Shown: positions 1-8,600 of the stretch, one piece after another
Numbering within the stretch: position 1 is the first letter of the stretch
Layout of the letters: each line of letters opens with the position of its first letter
Origin: Patescibacteria group bacterium
Lineage (GTDB): Bacteria > Patescibacteriota > Minisyncoccia > Phycocordibacterales > SBAW01
Length of the DNA stretch: 43,985 nt
Reading direction: 5' to 3'
NCBI GenBank assembly: GCA_028866155.1
Contig: JAGWIT010000002.1
Span: 1-43,985, forward strand
Translations under genes and position numbers: made by a program
The notes under the pieces: model-generated
The model's database searches: none
What the model saw: the letters and a program-made list of their open reading frames with translations, nothing else
What the model was told of the DNA's origin: nothing

Positions 1-1151
1 GCAACATGTCGCTCGTGCTCTCGGTGGTGCTCGTGGTGTGCGCCGACGACGTCGCCATCGCCATCCCGCTCGCGTATCTCGGCGCCATCGGCTCGGCAGC
101 GCGCTATGGCGTCATCATCAAAGGCGCCGCGCATTTGGAAGCCTTGGGGCAAGCAAGCGTTTTTGTATTCGACAAAACCGGCACGCTCACCAAGGGCACG
201 CTGGCGGTGTCGAGCATCGCCGTGGTTGAGGGCGTCACTGAGCAAGAGCTCTTGCGCGCGGGCTCAATAGCCGATCGCCGCTCCCAGCACCCGCTTGCGC
301 GCGCGATTGTCGCGTATGCCGATGAACACCATACAAAAGAAGAATTCCCCGACACGCTCGAGCAGGTGAGCGGACGCGGCATCGTCGCGCACAAAGGTTC
401 TGAAATTATACACATCGGCAAGAGCGAATTTTTGCTAGCCTGCAAAACGACCATCCCGCAGGAGCTTCAAGAAAAAGCGAACGCGTGCGCCGACCGAGGG
501 CAGAGCGTGTCGTTCGTGGCGGTAGGGCACAAGGCGATAGGCTTTTTTGCCATCGCTGACCAGCTCAAGCAAAACGCGCGCCGCGCCATTGCCGAGCTAA
601 AAAGCTTAGGCGTGCGCAAAACGGTGATGCTCACGGGCGATAACGAGCGCGTCGCGCAGGCCATCTCTAAAGAGGTCGGCTTGGACAGCTTTCATGCCAA
701 TCTCTTGCCCGAAGGCAAGGTCGGCGTGATTAAACAACTGCACAAAGAAGGCGTGGTTATTATGGTCGGCGACGGCGTCAACGACGCGGCGGCGCTCTCG
801 GCGGCGCAGGTGGGCGTCGCGATGGGCGGCAGCGGCATCGACGCGGCCATTGAGTCGGCGCAGATCGTGCTGATGCGTGACGAGCTCGAGATGCTGCCCG
901 AGGCTATGCACCTCGCGCGCATTACTCGGCGCATTGCGGTCGAGGATTTTTGGATCTGGGGGCTCACTAATGCGGCAGGGTTGGCACTGGTGTTCGGCGG
1001 CTTCATCGGCCCCACTGGCGCCGCGGCCTACAACTTTATCTCCGACTTCTTTCCATTGATTAACTCCGCAAGAGTACGCCTGATCCACCGCACCCACGCC
1101 CGTCGCCGCGCAGCCGCCCGCCGGGCCCGCTCAAAAATTGTTGTAAAATAA
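1..1151 (+). CDS. P-type (heavy-metal type) cation-transporting ATPase, C-terminal part; the 5' end lies outside the window
   Basis: ORF 6..1151 is open to the window edge. It contains the phosphorylation motif DKTGTLT, TGDN, and the hinge motif GDGVNDAAAL, followed by C-terminal hydrophobic segments. Confidence 0.9.
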   Translation, partial: NMSLVLSVVLVVCADDVAIAIPLAYLGAIGSAARYGVIIKGAAHLEALGQASVFVFDKTGTLTKGTLAVSSIAVVEGVTEQELLRAGSIADRRSQHPLARAIVAYADEHHTKEEFPDTLEQVSGRGIVAHKGSEIIHIGKSEFLLACKTTIPQELQEKANACADRGQSVSFVAVGHKAIGFFAIADQLKQNARRAIAELKSLGVRKTVMLTGDNERVAQAISKEVGLDSFHANLLPEGKVGVIKQLHKEGVVIMVGDGVNDAAALSAAQVGVAMGGSGIDAAIESAQIVLMRDELEMLPEAMHLARITRRIAVEDFWIWGLTNAAGLALVFGGFIGPTGAAAYNFISDFFPLINSARVRLIHRTHARRRAAARRARSKIVVK

Positions 1152-1157
1152 ATACAA

Positions 1158-2888
1158 ATGTCGCTTGCGGAGGAGTTGCAAAAAGTGATAAAGGGCGAGG
1201 TGGAGGATTCGCCTCAAGCGCTTGAGGCTAACAGCCGCGACGCGAGCCTTTTTTATGTCAAACCAGAAGTGGTTGTGCATCCTTTGGATGCCGATGATGT
1301 TTGCAGGGCAGTTGAGTTTGTTACTTCAAAAAAACAAAAGGGGGATTCAAAGAGCGCGCTATCGCTCACGGCGCGCGCGGCCGGTACCGACATGTCGGGC
1401 GGCCCGCTGAGCGATTCGATTATTTTGGACATGACGAAGCACTTCGACCATATTATCGAGGTGGGAGACTCGAGCGCTATTGTCGAGCCCGGCGTCTACT
1501 TTAGGGATTTTGACAAAGAGACCAAGAGAAAAGATTTGGAATTGCCGAGCTACACGGCTTCGCGTGAGCTAAACACCGTCGGCGGGATGGTCGCCAACAA
1601 CTCCGGGGGAGAGAAAAATTTAAAATATGGCAAGACCGCGCGCTATGTCGAGAAGCTTGATGTCGTTTTGAGCGACGGACAGGTGCATCATCTGCAAAAC
1701 CTTGAAGGAGATGCTTTAAAACACAAATTAGAGGAGCCGGGGTTTGAAGGAGATTTGTATCGCCGGGTATCACAATTGGTAAAAATGCCCGAGCATAAAA
1801 AAGTTATAGAAGAACACAAACCCAAAGTTGAAAAAAATTCTTCGGGCTATGCGTTGTGGGGTATAGGAGATGGGGAGCATTCTCTTAATCTAGCAAGATT
1901 GATGGTTGGGGCGCAGGGGACTCTAGGAATATTTACCAAAATTTGGTTTAAGCTGGTGCACCCCAAGCCCTATGCGGCGATGACGATATTATTCCTCGAC
2001 TCCATTGCCGAGCTCGGCGAGGTGGTGCCCGAAGTACTGGGGCACCAGCCGGACAGCTTTGAGTCATATGACGATCACACCTTCTCTATCGCGATGAAGT
2101 ACCTGCCCGAGCTCGCTACCCAAATGAAGTCCGGCCTCTTGAGCCTCGGTATCTCGTTCTTGCCCGAGCTGTGGATGGTGCTCACCGGCGGCGTGCCCAA
2201 GCTAGTGCTCATTGTGGAGTTTCGCGCGGACACGCAAGAAGCGGCTTTGCAAAAGGCAGAAGCTCTCGCCAAAGAGGCGAAGAAAAACAGAAGCCACATC
2301 GGCGTGCGTATCGCCAAAAGCGAAGCCGCCGCGCGCAAATATTGGGCGGTGCGCCGCGAGAGTTTTAATTTATTGCGCAAGAAGATCCGCGGCAAGCGCA
2401 CCGCGCCGTTCATAGACGACTTCGTGGTGCCGCCAATGAAACTGCCCGAATTTTTACCCAAACTGCAAGCGATTTTGTCTCGCTACAAATTGACCTACAC
2501 TATCGCGGGGCATGTAGGCGACGGAAATTTCCACATCATCCCACTAGTCGACCCCAAGGACCCGACGATAAGGAAAACCATCGACGAGTTGTCTCACAAA
2601 GTTTATGATCTCGTTGTGTCCTACCAAGGCTCGATAACCGGCGAGCACAACGACGGGCTCATTCGCACTCCGTATGTAGAAAAAATGTTCGGCCCCGAGA
2701 TGTACGCGCTCTTTCATGAGGTAAAGGTAATCTTCGACCCGTTAAATATCTTCAATCCCGGCAAAAAAGTCGGCGGCACCTTCAGCGACGCGTTAACGAA
2801 GCTTGATTTGCCTTCAATAAAAAAAATAAAAAGCAAAAGGGCGGGTTGCAAAAAGCAAACCCGCCCCAGAAAGGTCTTGTGGACCTAA
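1158..2888 (+). CDS. FAD-binding oxidoreductase (GlcD / FAD-linked oxidase family)
   Basis: 576-aa ORF. It has an N-terminal FAD-binding region (LSLTARAAGTDMSGG, NTVGGMVANNSGG) and a C-terminal FAD-linked oxidase region (GSITGEHNDG, IFDPLNIFNPGK). About 40 extra basic residues follow the usual NPGK end. Confidence 0.8.
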   Translation: MSLAEELQKVIKGEVEDSPQALEANSRDASLFYVKPEVVVHPLDADDVCRAVEFVTSKKQKGDSKSALSLTARAAGTDMSGGPLSDSIILDMTKHFDHIIEVGDSSAIVEPGVYFRDFDKETKRKDLELPSYTASRELNTVGGMVANNSGGEKNLKYGKTARYVEKLDVVLSDGQVHHLQNLEGDALKHKLEEPGFEGDLYRRVSQLVKMPEHKKVIEEHKPKVEKNSSGYALWGIGDGEHSLNLARLMVGAQGTLGIFTKIWFKLVHPKPYAAMTILFLDSIAELGEVVPEVLGHQPDSFESYDDHTFSIAMKYLPELATQMKSGLLSLGISFLPELWMVLTGGVPKLVLIVEFRADTQEAALQKAEALAKEAKKNRSHIGVRIAKSEAAARKYWAVRRESFNLLRKKIRGKRTAPFIDDFVVPPMKLPEFLPKLQAILSRYKLTYTIAGHVGDGNFHIIPLVDPKDPTIRKTIDELSHKVYDLVVSYQGSITGEHNDGLIRTPYVEKMFGPEMYALFHEVKVIFDPLNIFNPGKKVGGTFSDALTKLDLPSIKKIKSKRAGCKKQTRPRKVLWT

Positions 2889-3006
2889 CATGACCGCAAT
2901 ATGGTCAGCCAATCTCACGATGTTCTGGAGTGCGCAGAATCATGACTTGGCTAGCCGAAGCTAGGCTCCAGAACCCGCTGAGGAATTTCCTCCCCGCAGG
3001 GGACCT
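2838..3006 (+). other. Cluster of six stem-loops spanning the 3' end of the oxidoreductase ORF and the following spacer; candidate structured RNA or degenerate hairpin elements
   Basis: Hand-folded hairpins: gggcgggtt/aacccgccc (2838-2865), aggtc/gacct (2871-2886), tgacc/ggtca (2891-2907), gttctggag/ctccagaac (2922-2974, with an inner ctagc-cgaa-gctag), gagga/tcctc (2980-2992), cccc/gggg (2992-3002). Confidence 0.4.
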
Positions 3007-3132
3007 CTGAAAATGTGCTAATGAACTGTCACAAGTATACACGAAGTAAAGAATTTGTCAAGTGTTTTTGATGCGATTGTTAAAATACATTGCAAAATAA
3101 GCGTTTTTTAAGCATTTGCTATACTTAAGGAT

Positions 3133-3789
3133 ATGAATATCACCAAGATAGGACACTGCGCTCTAGTTTTAGAGCAAGATAGGGTCAAATTACTCACCGA
3201 TCCGGGGAGTTTTACTGTTGAGGCTCAAGAGAGGGTGACAGGGCTCGATGGGATCGTTATTACCCACGAGCATCAGGACCACTTTCATGTCGACTCGGTT
3301 AAAGTTTTGATGAAGAAAAATCCCAACGCGATCGTGGTGACCAACAGCGCGGTGGGAAAGCTCTTGGATGCCGAGGACATTGTGCACACTGTGGTGGGCG
3401 ACGGGCAGGTGGGCGAGATAAGGGGGATAAAAATCGAAGGTTTTGGCAAAGACCACGCGCTGGTGTATCCACCCACTATGGGGTTGTGCGAGAACACGGG
3501 CTATATGATGGCTGATAAATTTTATTTTCCCGGCGATAACTTTCACCCGCCCACTGTCGGGCAGGCTATCCGGCCGGTGGATATTTTGGCGCTGCCCGTG
3601 GCGGGCCCGTGGATGAAGATGAGCGATGCTATCGATTTTGCTAAAGCGGTTAAAGCGCGCGTCGCCTTTGGCGTACACGACGGTATGGTAGTCCCGAGCT
3701 TCCGCGGCTTTATCGGGATGTTGCTTAAAAATATTGTTCCTGAAACCGGATATGTTTCTCTTGCGGACGGCGAGAGCAGGGAGTTTTAA
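3133..3789 (+). CDS. MBL-fold metallo-hydrolase
   Basis: 218-aa ORF with the HxHxDH motif (THEHQDHFH) and later conserved His/Asp positions. An AAGGA Shine-Dalgarno sequence lies just upstream of the ATG. Confidence 0.8.
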   Translation: MNITKIGHCALVLEQDRVKLLTDPGSFTVEAQERVTGLDGIVITHEHQDHFHVDSVKVLMKKNPNAIVVTNSAVGKLLDAEDIVHTVVGDGQVGEIRGIKIEGFGKDHALVYPPTMGLCENTGYMMADKFYFPGDNFHPPTVGQAIRPVDILALPVAGPWMKMSDAIDFAKAVKARVAFGVHDGMVVPSFRGFIGMLLKNIVPETGYVSLADGESREF

Positions 3790-3794
3790 CTAGT

Positions 3795-4541
3795 TTAGGC
3801 GCTCAAGTACTTTTCAAACCCGCTGGTCATGGTGGCGATACCTTCTTTGTCTATCATATAGGCTTCGAAGCCTTTGAGTTGCTCTATAAACTTGATGCCG
3901 TCACGCCCCATCGCGAACGCGGCGGTGGCGAAGCGGTCGGCCTCAAGCACGTCGGGGCCGACGACGGTGATGCTCACTATGTCACTGAGCTTTTCTTCGG
4001 GCGCATGCGGATTATAAATATGCGCTCCGCGCAGATAAGAACCCGAGGTTGCGACTCCCGCGCCTTTGGGGTATATCACTTTAACTATCTTGTCCTGCTC
4101 AAAAGGATGGCGGATGCCCACGCTCCACTCTTTATCCTCGCTAGTGCGCCCGCTTGTCGCGATATCGCCGCCCGCTTCGACATAAAAATTTGTATGTCCC
4201 AACTCGTACAGAAGATTCGCCGCATTGTGGATGGCCCAACCTTTAACGATGCCCGACGGATCGAGGGAGCCATCGGGTTTTGTAATATCAAAATAGCCGC
4301 TGCTCTCTTTTTTTGTCTTTTCGGCGAGCGCAAAGACCTCTTTCATTTCATTGCTGTAATTTTGGAGGAGCGTTTCGCCACGGTTGATGAGCGATATTTC
4401 GCTGGTGTCTTTGTAGGTGCTAAAGCGTTCGTCGACGGCGGTAAAGTAGGCGAACACTTTCTCTATCGCGTGTGCCGCGTTATCACCACCAACTATCTCG
4501 ACGGTAATGGGCATGCCCATAATTGACCGCCCTTCGCGCAT
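3795..4541 (-). CDS. apbE: FAD:protein FMN transferase (ApbE family)
   Basis: 248-aa ORF with ApbE-like blocks (SEISLINRG, SGYFDIT, GIVKGWA, EAGGDIATSG, VATSGSY). Confidence 0.8.
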   Translation of the reverse strand: MREGRSIMGMPITVEIVGGDNAAHAIEKVFAYFTAVDERFSTYKDTSEISLINRGETLLQNYSNEMKEVFALAEKTKKESSGYFDITKPDGSLDPSGIVKGWAIHNAANLLYELGHTNFYVEAGGDIATSGRTSEDKEWSVGIRHPFEQDKIVKVIYPKGAGVATSGSYLRGAHIYNPHAPEEKLSDIVSITVVGPDVLEADRFATAAFAMGRDGIKFIEQLKGFEAYMIDKEGIATMTSGFEKYLSA

Positions 4542-4543
4542 GA

Positions 4544-4984
4544 TTATTGTATCTGCGTGCCCGCGCCGCCGCGCGCGTCGGGGACGTTGAGCCCCGCGGG
4601 GCGAACTTGAATTGAGGTCGCCGTCATCGAGCCGTCGGAGTTCTGCGTACCGGTGACGACCACGCTGGTGCCGGGAGTAAGATCGCTCGCACCGCCCGCG
4701 GTTGTTTTAAGAATTTGAGTCGAGTTGCCGACCAGCACTATCTCGGTGCTGCTGCTCATCGTCGACTGTATCGTGATGCTTCCGTTGCCTGCCGAGAGTA
4801 TTTGCCCGATCGTGAACCCGTTGCCGCCTGCGCGGCCGCCGCGGCCTGCAAAGTTTGCGCCTGCAGCAAAACCTGCTCCGCGCGTCGGTGCCTGACCCTT
4901 GCCGTACGCCTCGCCCGCATAAAAAGCCCCTCCACCGATGATAATAATGCCCACCACAGCTCCAATAATTTGATTCTTATTCAT
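4544..4984 (-). CDS. Hypothetical membrane-anchored protein with a Gly-rich linker
   Basis: The track ORF 4544..5140 is trimmed to the internal ATG at 4984 (MNKNQIIGAVVGIIIIGGGAFYAG, an N-terminal TM helix). The upstream 52 codons overlap the end of the neighbouring permease gene region and look non-coding. Confidence 0.6.
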   Translation of the reverse strand: MNKNQIIGAVVGIIIIGGGAFYAGEAYGKGQAPTRGAGFAAGANFAGRGGRAGGNGFTIGQILSAGNGSITIQSTMSSSTEIVLVGNSTQILKTTAGGASDLTPGTSVVVTGTQNSDGSMTATSIQVRPAGLNVPDARGGAGTQIQ

Positions 4985-5036
4985 ACGACTTATACGTTCT
5001 TCATGTACTTTATGGTGCACAGTTTGCGTGGTCTTA

Positions 5037-5783
5037 TCATACTTGGATTCGCGAGAAGAAATAGCTTCCCAGCGCCAAAAATACGAGCGTAAAGCCGCTG
5101 AGCACGATAAGATCGAGCCCGAGGCCGTAGGTCGTTGCATTGATGAGGAAGTAGCGCAGTGCGTCGACGCCGTAGGAGAGCGGATCTATGGCCGCCACCA
5201 GCTTGAGCGCCTCCGGCACGGCGCTCAGCGGGAAGAGCGCTCCGGAGAGAAAGAACAGCGGCATCACGAGGAAGTTCATCACCAGTTGGAACCCCTGCAT
5301 GTCGCGCATGAGCGAGGCAACCATCATGCCGAGCGCCGAGAAGAGCGTTCCGATAAAAAGCATGATGAGTATAGCGGGTGCTATCAGCAGCCACGACACG
5401 GGATGAAAGCCGATGAGAAGCGTCATCACGAGGACGATGCATCCCTGCAGGGTCGCGACCGTAGCGCCCCCGAGCGTGCGGCCGAACATAATGGCTATGC
5501 GCGGCACCGGAGCGACCAGCGTCTCTTTAAGAAAGCCGAACTGCCTATCCCAGATGACCTGCATGCCGTTGAATATAGAGGTAAAGATGATGCTCATGCC
5601 GATGATGCCGGGCGCCAAAAAGTTTATGTAGTTTCCCTGTCCCGCGGCGGCAAAGACCGCACCGAATCCGAATCCGAACGAAACCAAAAAGAGGAGAGGC
5701 TGCATTAAAGAGCCGACGATGCGCGATTTGGAGCGCGAAAAGCGCTTTATCTCGCGGAGCCACATGATGTATACAGCGTTCAT
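5037..5783 (-). CDS. ABC-2 type transporter permease
   Basis: 248-aa ORF with about six hydrophobic helices, lying immediately downstream of an ABC ATPase gene. The overall pattern is DrrB/ABC-2-like. Confidence 0.85.
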   Translation of the reverse strand: MNAVYIMWLREIKRFSRSKSRIVGSLMQPLLFLVSFGFGFGAVFAAAGQGNYINFLAPGIIGMSIIFTSIFNGMQVIWDRQFGFLKETLVAPVPRIAIMFGRTLGGATVATLQGCIVLVMTLLIGFHPVSWLLIAPAILIMLFIGTLFSALGMMVASLMRDMQGFQLVMNFLVMPLFFLSGALFPLSAVPEALKLVAAIDPLSYGVDALRYFLINATTYGLGLDLIVLSGFTLVFLALGSYFFSRIQV

Positions 5784-5790
5784 ATAGTTA

Positions 5791-6582
5791 TTATCTTCTG
5801 CCGCGGAACATCCGCATGCGCGCGAGCGAGTCGGCGCCTTCTTCGCGTATCTCGCTGCCCGTGAGTTTGAGGAAGGCGTCTTCGAGCGTCTGCGTGCCGG
5901 TCTGCTTTTTTAATTCTTCGCCGCTGCCCGTTGCGATTATCTGTCCATGGTCGATGACGGCGATGTGCTGCGCCACCCGGTCGGCCTCGTCCATGTAATG
6001 CGTCGTGAAAAACACGGTGATACCTTCCTCCTCGTTCAATTTCTCCAGATATTGCCACAAATGATTGCGCGTCTGCGGGTCAAGGCCGAGCGTCGGCTCA
6101 TCGAGGAAGATAATTTTGGGGTGGTGGAGAAGCCCGCGCGCGATTTCGAGCCGGCGCTTCATTCCACCGGAGAAGTCGCGCACAAAACTATCCTTCCGGT
6201 CGTAGAGCTCGACAAAGTTAAGGAGTTCTTCAATGCGCGCGCGGCGCGTGTCCCGGGGCACGCTGTAGAGCACGCCGTGGAACTCCATGTTCTCCTGCGC
6301 GGTCAGGTCTTCGTCGAGCGACGGGTCTTGAAAAACAATGCCGAAGCTTTTGCGCGCGGCGTCCGCCTCGCGCACAGGGTCGTGTCCACCCAGCATAATG
6401 CTGCCGCTCGTGGGCAAGAGCAGTGTCGTGAGCATTTTGATGGTCGTTGACTTGCCCGCGCCGTTTGGCCCCAAAAAAGCGAACCGCTCGCCGCTTGCCA
6501 CAGAGAAAGAAATATCTTTAACCGCAGTAAAATCCCCAAACTTCTTGGTCAGGTTCTTTACTTCGATGATATTGTGTGCCAT
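5791..6582 (-). CDS. ABC transporter ATP-binding protein (ABC-2 / DrrA-like)
   Basis: Walker A GPNGAGKST, signature FSGGMKRRL, Walker B IIFLDEPTLGLD. The start is trimmed to the ATG at 6582 (MAHNIIEVKNL) because the longer track ORF would overlap the upstream gene. Confidence 0.9.
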   Translation of the reverse strand: MAHNIIEVKNLTKKFGDFTAVKDISFSVASGERFAFLGPNGAGKSTTIKMLTTLLLPTSGSIMLGGHDPVREADAARKSFGIVFQDPSLDEDLTAQENMEFHGVLYSVPRDTRRARIEELLNFVELYDRKDSFVRDFSGGMKRRLEIARGLLHHPKIIFLDEPTLGLDPQTRNHLWQYLEKLNEEEGITVFFTTHYMDEADRVAQHIAVIDHGQIIATGSGEELKKQTGTQTLEDAFLKLTGSEIREEGADSLARMRMFRGRR

Positions 6583-6626
6583 GAAGGATTCAGTATACCA
6601 CTCCAGCTGCAGTAGTGATAAGGTCG

Positions 6627-7874
6627 TTACTCGTACCGCAAAGCCTCGATGGGGTTGAGCGACGCGGCGCGGCGCGCGGGATAGTAGCCGAACGCGATGC
6701 CGATGGCGGCCGATACGCCGAAGGCCAGCAGTATCGCCTGCCATGAGACGCTCGTGTGGACGATACCCGACAGCGACACCAAAAACGAGATGCCGCTGCC
6801 AAGCACAATGCCCGCGATGCCGCCGATAAGCGTCAGTGCGACCGCCTCAATTAGAAATTGCATGCTGATATCGCTTTTGCGCGCGCCGATGGCCTTGCGC
6901 AGGCCGATTTCGCGCGTGCGCTCGGTCACGGTGGTGAGCATCATGTTCATGATGCCGATGCCGCCGACCAAAAGCGAGATTCCCGCGATGGCGCCGAGCA
7001 AGTAGGTGAGCGTCGTCGTGATGCTCGAGGCGCTCGCCAAGATATCGGCCTGATTGAGAACGTTAAAGTCTGCCTGCGTCGCGTCGGTGATGTTGTGCCG
7101 CGCCAGCAAAAGCGAGGTGAGGTCGTTTTGCACCTGCGTCATCACGTCGGGGCCGGTGGCCTGCACGTCAATGGTCGAGAGATAGCTGTTACCCGTCAAA
7201 AACCGCTCGGCGGTTTGCAGAGGAATATAAATTTGATTGTCCTGGCTGCCGAAGCCGGTGCCGCCTTTTGCCACCGTGATGCCGATAACGGTAAACTCGA
7301 TGTTGTTGATGCGTATCTTTTGGCCGATGACGTCCGCGGGCAAGCCGTCGGGTTGGGCGGGGTCGGTGCCAAAGAGGTCGGTCGCTACCGTGGGGCCCAG
7401 CACTGCCACCTTTTGCAAAGATACGCTTTCGGCGTCGGTGACATACGAGCCCTGATCTACAGCCACGTTGCGAATCTGCGGATAAGCTTCGCTGGTGCCA
7501 TCGACGGTGACGCGCGTGTTGTTGCCGCCCGCCGCGACCTGGTAACTCCCCGTCACTTCGTCGGCGATCGCCTGCACGTTTTGCACCTGCGAGGCTATGG
7601 CGTCCGAGTCGGCCTGGATCAGCGACTTGGCGGTACCGCGGCCGGCGGAGACTCCCGCGCCAAACTGCCGCGTCGCGCCCGGGAGCACCTCAAGAAGATT
7701 TGAGCCCAGCGCGTTGATGCTCGAGGAGATGGACGCCGAAGCGCCCTGGCCAACCGAGACGAGCGCGATGACCGAGGCAATGCCGATGACGATGCCGAGT
7801 ATGGTGAGCCCTGAGCGGGTTTTGTTGGCCGAGAGCGCGGCATATGTTTCTTCGAGCGTGTCTTTAATAGTCAT
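6627..7874 (-). CDS. ABC transporter permease, MacB-like (FtsX family with a large periplasmic domain)
   Basis: 415 aa. It has an N-terminal TM helix, a long extracytoplasmic domain and a C-terminal FtsX-type three-TM bundle (REIGLRKAIGARKSDI). A 4-nt overlap with the upstream ATPase gene suggests translational coupling. Confidence 0.9.
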   Translation of the reverse strand: MTIKDTLEETYAALSANKTRSGLTILGIVIGIASVIALVSVGQGASASISSSINALGSNLLEVLPGATRQFGAGVSAGRGTAKSLIQADSDAIASQVQNVQAIADEVTGSYQVAAGGNNTRVTVDGTSEAYPQIRNVAVDQGSYVTDAESVSLQKVAVLGPTVATDLFGTDPAQPDGLPADVIGQKIRINNIEFTVIGITVAKGGTGFGSQDNQIYIPLQTAERFLTGNSYLSTIDVQATGPDVMTQVQNDLTSLLLARHNITDATQADFNVLNQADILASASSITTTLTYLLGAIAGISLLVGGIGIMNMMLTTVTERTREIGLRKAIGARKSDISMQFLIEAVALTLIGGIAGIVLGSGISFLVSLSGIVHTSVSWQAILLAFGVSAAIGIAFGYYPARRAASLNPIEALRYE

Positions 7875-8593
7875 GATGTTTGGGCTTCGTGATGCGCGCG
7901 AGCCGGGCGTTGCTGGTGTTTTTTGTCCGAGGTGATGACGCCGTCGCGGAGCGTAATAATGCGCTTGGCGTGCTCAGCCACGTCGGCCTCGTGGGTAATA
8001 AGCACGATGGTGCAGCCGTGCTCGCGGTTTAATTTTTGAAAGGTGCCGAGCACAATCTCGCCGGTCTTGGTGTCGAGGTTGCCGGTTGGTTCGTCGGCCA
8101 AAATGAGCGACGGGTCGTTAACGAGCGCACGCGCGATGGCGACGCGCTGGATTTGCCCGCCCGATAATTCATTGCTCTTGTGCATAAAGTGCGTCTCGAC
8201 CATGCCGGCGGCCATGAGCGATTGTTTTGCGCGCTTTTCACGCTCCTCCTCGCCGACGCCCGCGTATATAAGCGGGAGCATCACGTTGCGCAGCACCGTG
8301 GTGCGGGGGAGCAGGTTGAACGACTGAAACACGAAGCCGATTTTGTCCTTGCGAATTTCGGCGAGATCTTCGTCGCTCAATTTTGAAACATCCTTGCCGT
8401 CAAGATGATAGGAGCCCGAGGTCGGCGTGTCGAGGCACCCGAGGATGTGCATTATCGTCGATTTGCCCGAGCCCGACGGCCCCATGATGGCAACGAACTC
8501 GCCGTCCTCAATTTTAAAGGATACTCCTTTGAGCGCCTGAAAGGCCGTGTCGCCCTGCCCATACGTTTTGGTGATATCTTTTACTTCAATCAT
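7871..8593 (-). CDS. ABC transporter ATP-binding protein (MacB/LolD type)
   Basis: Walker [10 protein letters not shown], signature [15 protein letters not shown], Walker [13 protein letters not shown]. The start is trimmed to the ATG at 8593 ([12 protein letters not shown]), 7 nt after the stop of the adaptor gene. Confidence 0.9.
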   Translation of the reverse strand: MIEVKDITKTYGQGDTAFQALKGVSFKIEDGEFVAIMGPSGSGKSTIMHILGCLDTPTSGSYHLDGKDVSKLSDEDLAEIRKDKIGFVFQSFNLLPRTTVLRNVMLPLIYAGVGEEEREKRAKQSLMAAGMVETHFMHKSNELSGGQIQRVAIARALVNDPSLILADEPTGNLDTKTGEIVLGTFQKLNREHGCTIVLITHEADVAEHAKRIITLRDGVITSDKKHQQRPARAHHEAQTS

Positions 8594-8600
8594 AGGAGAC

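Noticed and set aside
2889-3010. The possibility that the structured spacer is the small SRP (4.5S) RNA, because of ggtcagcc and GNRA-like loops.
   Set aside because: The conserved domain IV signature (GGAA tetraloop flanked by the AGCA / GGAAGCAGCC-type loops) is not present on either strand. I keep it only as an unassigned structured region.
5241-5265. The string ctccggagaga inside the ABC-2 permease gene, which matches the first 11 nt of the family C core.
   Set aside because: There are no flanking inverted repeats and the rest of the core is absent. It falls in a conserved hydrophobic coding segment, so I treat it as a chance match.
5028-5708. A 226-aa plus-strand ORF.
   Set aside because: It is antisense to the ABC-2 permease. 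The highly charged E/R/H-rich translation is not membrane-like and has no start signals.
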